A stretch of DNA of 64,000 nucleotides from NCBI GenBank assembly GCA_965153455.1, contig OZ234493.1:31424213-31488212 (forward strand). The letters run 5' to 3'. Both the position numbers and the translations under genes were made by a program. The stretch is from Sphagnum compactum. Its lineage: Eukaryota. The notes beneath the pieces were generated by a model, which searched no databases, had not been told where the DNA came from, and worked only from the letters and a program-made list of their open reading frames with translations. This document shows positions 61,915 through 64,000 of this stretch, piece by piece. The stretch's first letter is position 1; each line of letters begins with the position of its first letter.

Positions 61915-64000
61915 TAGCTTCATAAATTCCAAGAGTTTATGCTTGAGGATGGAGGAAAATCTAATCTTGGTCCATGACCAAATGACAAGGTTAACATCAA
62001 ATTTCTCCTTCATGATCAACTTATTGTTTGTAATCATAGTCATCTTACAAAATGAACATTGCAAATCCAAAACATAGCCATCAAGCATAGCTTTCATCCA
62101 CATCCCATCATTTCCCATTGTGCAAAAGATGCAATAGGTATATTTGATGATAGTCATGTGTTGATGAAAATTATCCTTAGCATTAATGGGATGATTAGCC
62201 CAAAAATTAGGGTAGATTACACCCAATGTTAACATAAACTCATGATTTGGAATTTTTCCTTGTTGCTCTTGGACTAGAATTTTTGTAGATTCTTTGCACT
62301 CCATTTTCACATAATCCATCACCAATGGGAAATATGGCCTCAAAATTGAGTTCCTCACCATTTAAATATGTGCACTATCCCATTAGCAAATTGTTACTAG
62401 TGAGTGTTTCAAGAGCCTTTAACTCACTTAAAATTCGGTCATCAAATTTAATATATGGATCAAAACAAAGTTGATAAAGTCAAAGTTAACACATCTTCAC
62501 CATATCAATGAAGTCACATATAAACACATCACAAGACTATGCCAACTTGATGATTGTATGCACACAATCCAAAAGTGACATAATCGCATGTAACCCCCAA
62601 ATGATTTCCAAATTGTAAGGGAGGCTCAAATTGTCATTACTAGTGTTATTCCTTGGTGCCAAATGTGCATCTTTGCAATCAAATGTTAATATTGTTCCAT
62701 GACACACGTCATAGGAAATAACACACAAACCCATTGCATCTTCACATTTTTTAGCAATTTGTTTATTTTTTTGGTGAGCACATCATAAAACTTTTGATAT
62801 TCAAGAAACCTATTGGGTGAAAGAGAAAAATTCATACAAAGCTTCCAAACATGGTAGTAGAAATTCCAAGCAAACCACCAAACTTAGTTTCAATAGGACC
62901 AACACAACTAAGTTGGTTTGATGAATAAAGTAATGCATTTTGATCATGAATGGAACCACAATCTCTGTCATTTGAGTGCTCACACCAACTTGTGAACCCT
63001 TTAACACATTACTACTATGGTAGCCCATTGAGATCAACTTGCTTCCTAATTCTTTAAAGCGCTCACTCCACCAAATGTTGCCAAAGCTTTGAACATGAAA
63101 TTAAACATGTTATTAATTATACCCTACACATCAACCTTCTCCACACAAATATTTAGAAGTGGGATCCTTTTTCTAACTATGAACAACATACATATGAATG
63201 GAGATCCAAGAGGTGTTGTCTGTCATAATGACCTTATCCACACTCATGAATACAAAATTTCCAACAAGGATTACAGTTTGAATGGATTGTACAACAAATC
63301 ATTCATGGATTGAACAATATGTTAACCCATCAAATCACTCCAATGTTTTTTATTGTGTGCCTAAACTTGAATAAAAAGAACAAAATTTTCAAACCCTTGA
63401 AATATGTCACCAATTGACCTATAAACATCATGATAGATGGTAGCAAACTAGGCATATTTTTGCATCTTCTTTTAGGGAACTTTTGTTACAACAAGGTCCA
63501 CAATGGAAGGGTGTTCATTAGTAATAAAAATCTTCTCATTGTGTGCATGCATGCTATTTTTATTAAAGTAAAAAATCAATTTCAACCCCTAGACTTGCAA
63601 CCTTAGCCTTACACCTACCTACATGCTTAAATAAGCTATCAAGTTAAATAACTTTTTTTTTTCTTTGCCTTCAACCTTTGAACAAATTGCACAACAAACT
63701 TGATGAACATTACCTCTAGTGTTTATTAAAAAATTTGCCCCAAAGAAGGCACATTACTTAACAATCTTAGAAATGTTTAACACCTTCATGATCTTGTTTT
63801 TTTCACTACAAGGCTTGAACCTAAAAAATCATTTGATGACATCATTACAATTTTGAAAGCTTATAGAACTTCAAAAGCTTGCAAATTAGGATTGATTTGG
63901 TGAGATATAAAAAGGAAAATTGGCCTAAACCTAAAGTTTTTAAGAATGAACAAAGGAGGCATAATGGATCATTTGAATGAAAAAGAAAACAAAAGATATA

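Larger units (their letters stand above)
59430..63700 (-). pseudogene. Decayed hAT-family transposase (ZNF862/C17orf113-like), interrupted by the pogo-type element
   Basis: Fragments LEIIWGLHAIMSLLDCVHTIIKLA*SCDVFICDF, FMLTLGVIYPNFW and LDLQCSFCKMTM. After removing 59609-61916 it reads LKHKLLEFMKLAKIACVQVFGSIEDKQCFSKRTFMKNKLR/TTHLDLCIQFYAQCFYTFQNFP, a dimerisation-domain-like region. Outer limits are approximate. Confidence 0.7.

Overview
AT-rich eukaryotic nuclear DNA from a land plant. The repeat landscape and intron style suggest a bryophyte, probably Sphagnum-like; this is inference. Three intact-looking host genes are present: a 7-exon chloroplast CGLD27/DUF1230 (Ycf36-like) gene (17562-20068, +), a single-exon VQ-motif gene (23916-24818, -) and a 12-13-exon DUF21/CNNM-CBS transporter gene with a GC-AG intron (35788-~43140, +). 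A disabled, intron-containing RelA/SpoT-homologue (RSH) pseudogene that the ORF track does not call lies at ~52900-55430 (+). The rest is nested mobile elements. The standout is an apparently intact, GC/CpG-rich 2306-bp pogo-type (DDE_1, DD38D) DNA transposon (59609-61914) with perfect 24-bp TIRs, a TA duplication and an uninterrupted 583-aa transposase, inserted into an old hAT relic; it is a horizontal-transfer candidate. Also present: a near-complete RTE/RTEX-like LINE with a 3' stem-loop, non-autonomous Helitrons including a head-to-tail trimer, a hAT-type MITE family (one copy with an 8-bp TSD), and CRE-like LINE, Harbinger, hAT, CACTA-like and LTR-like relics. Family assignments come from motif recognition by eye; no database searches were run.
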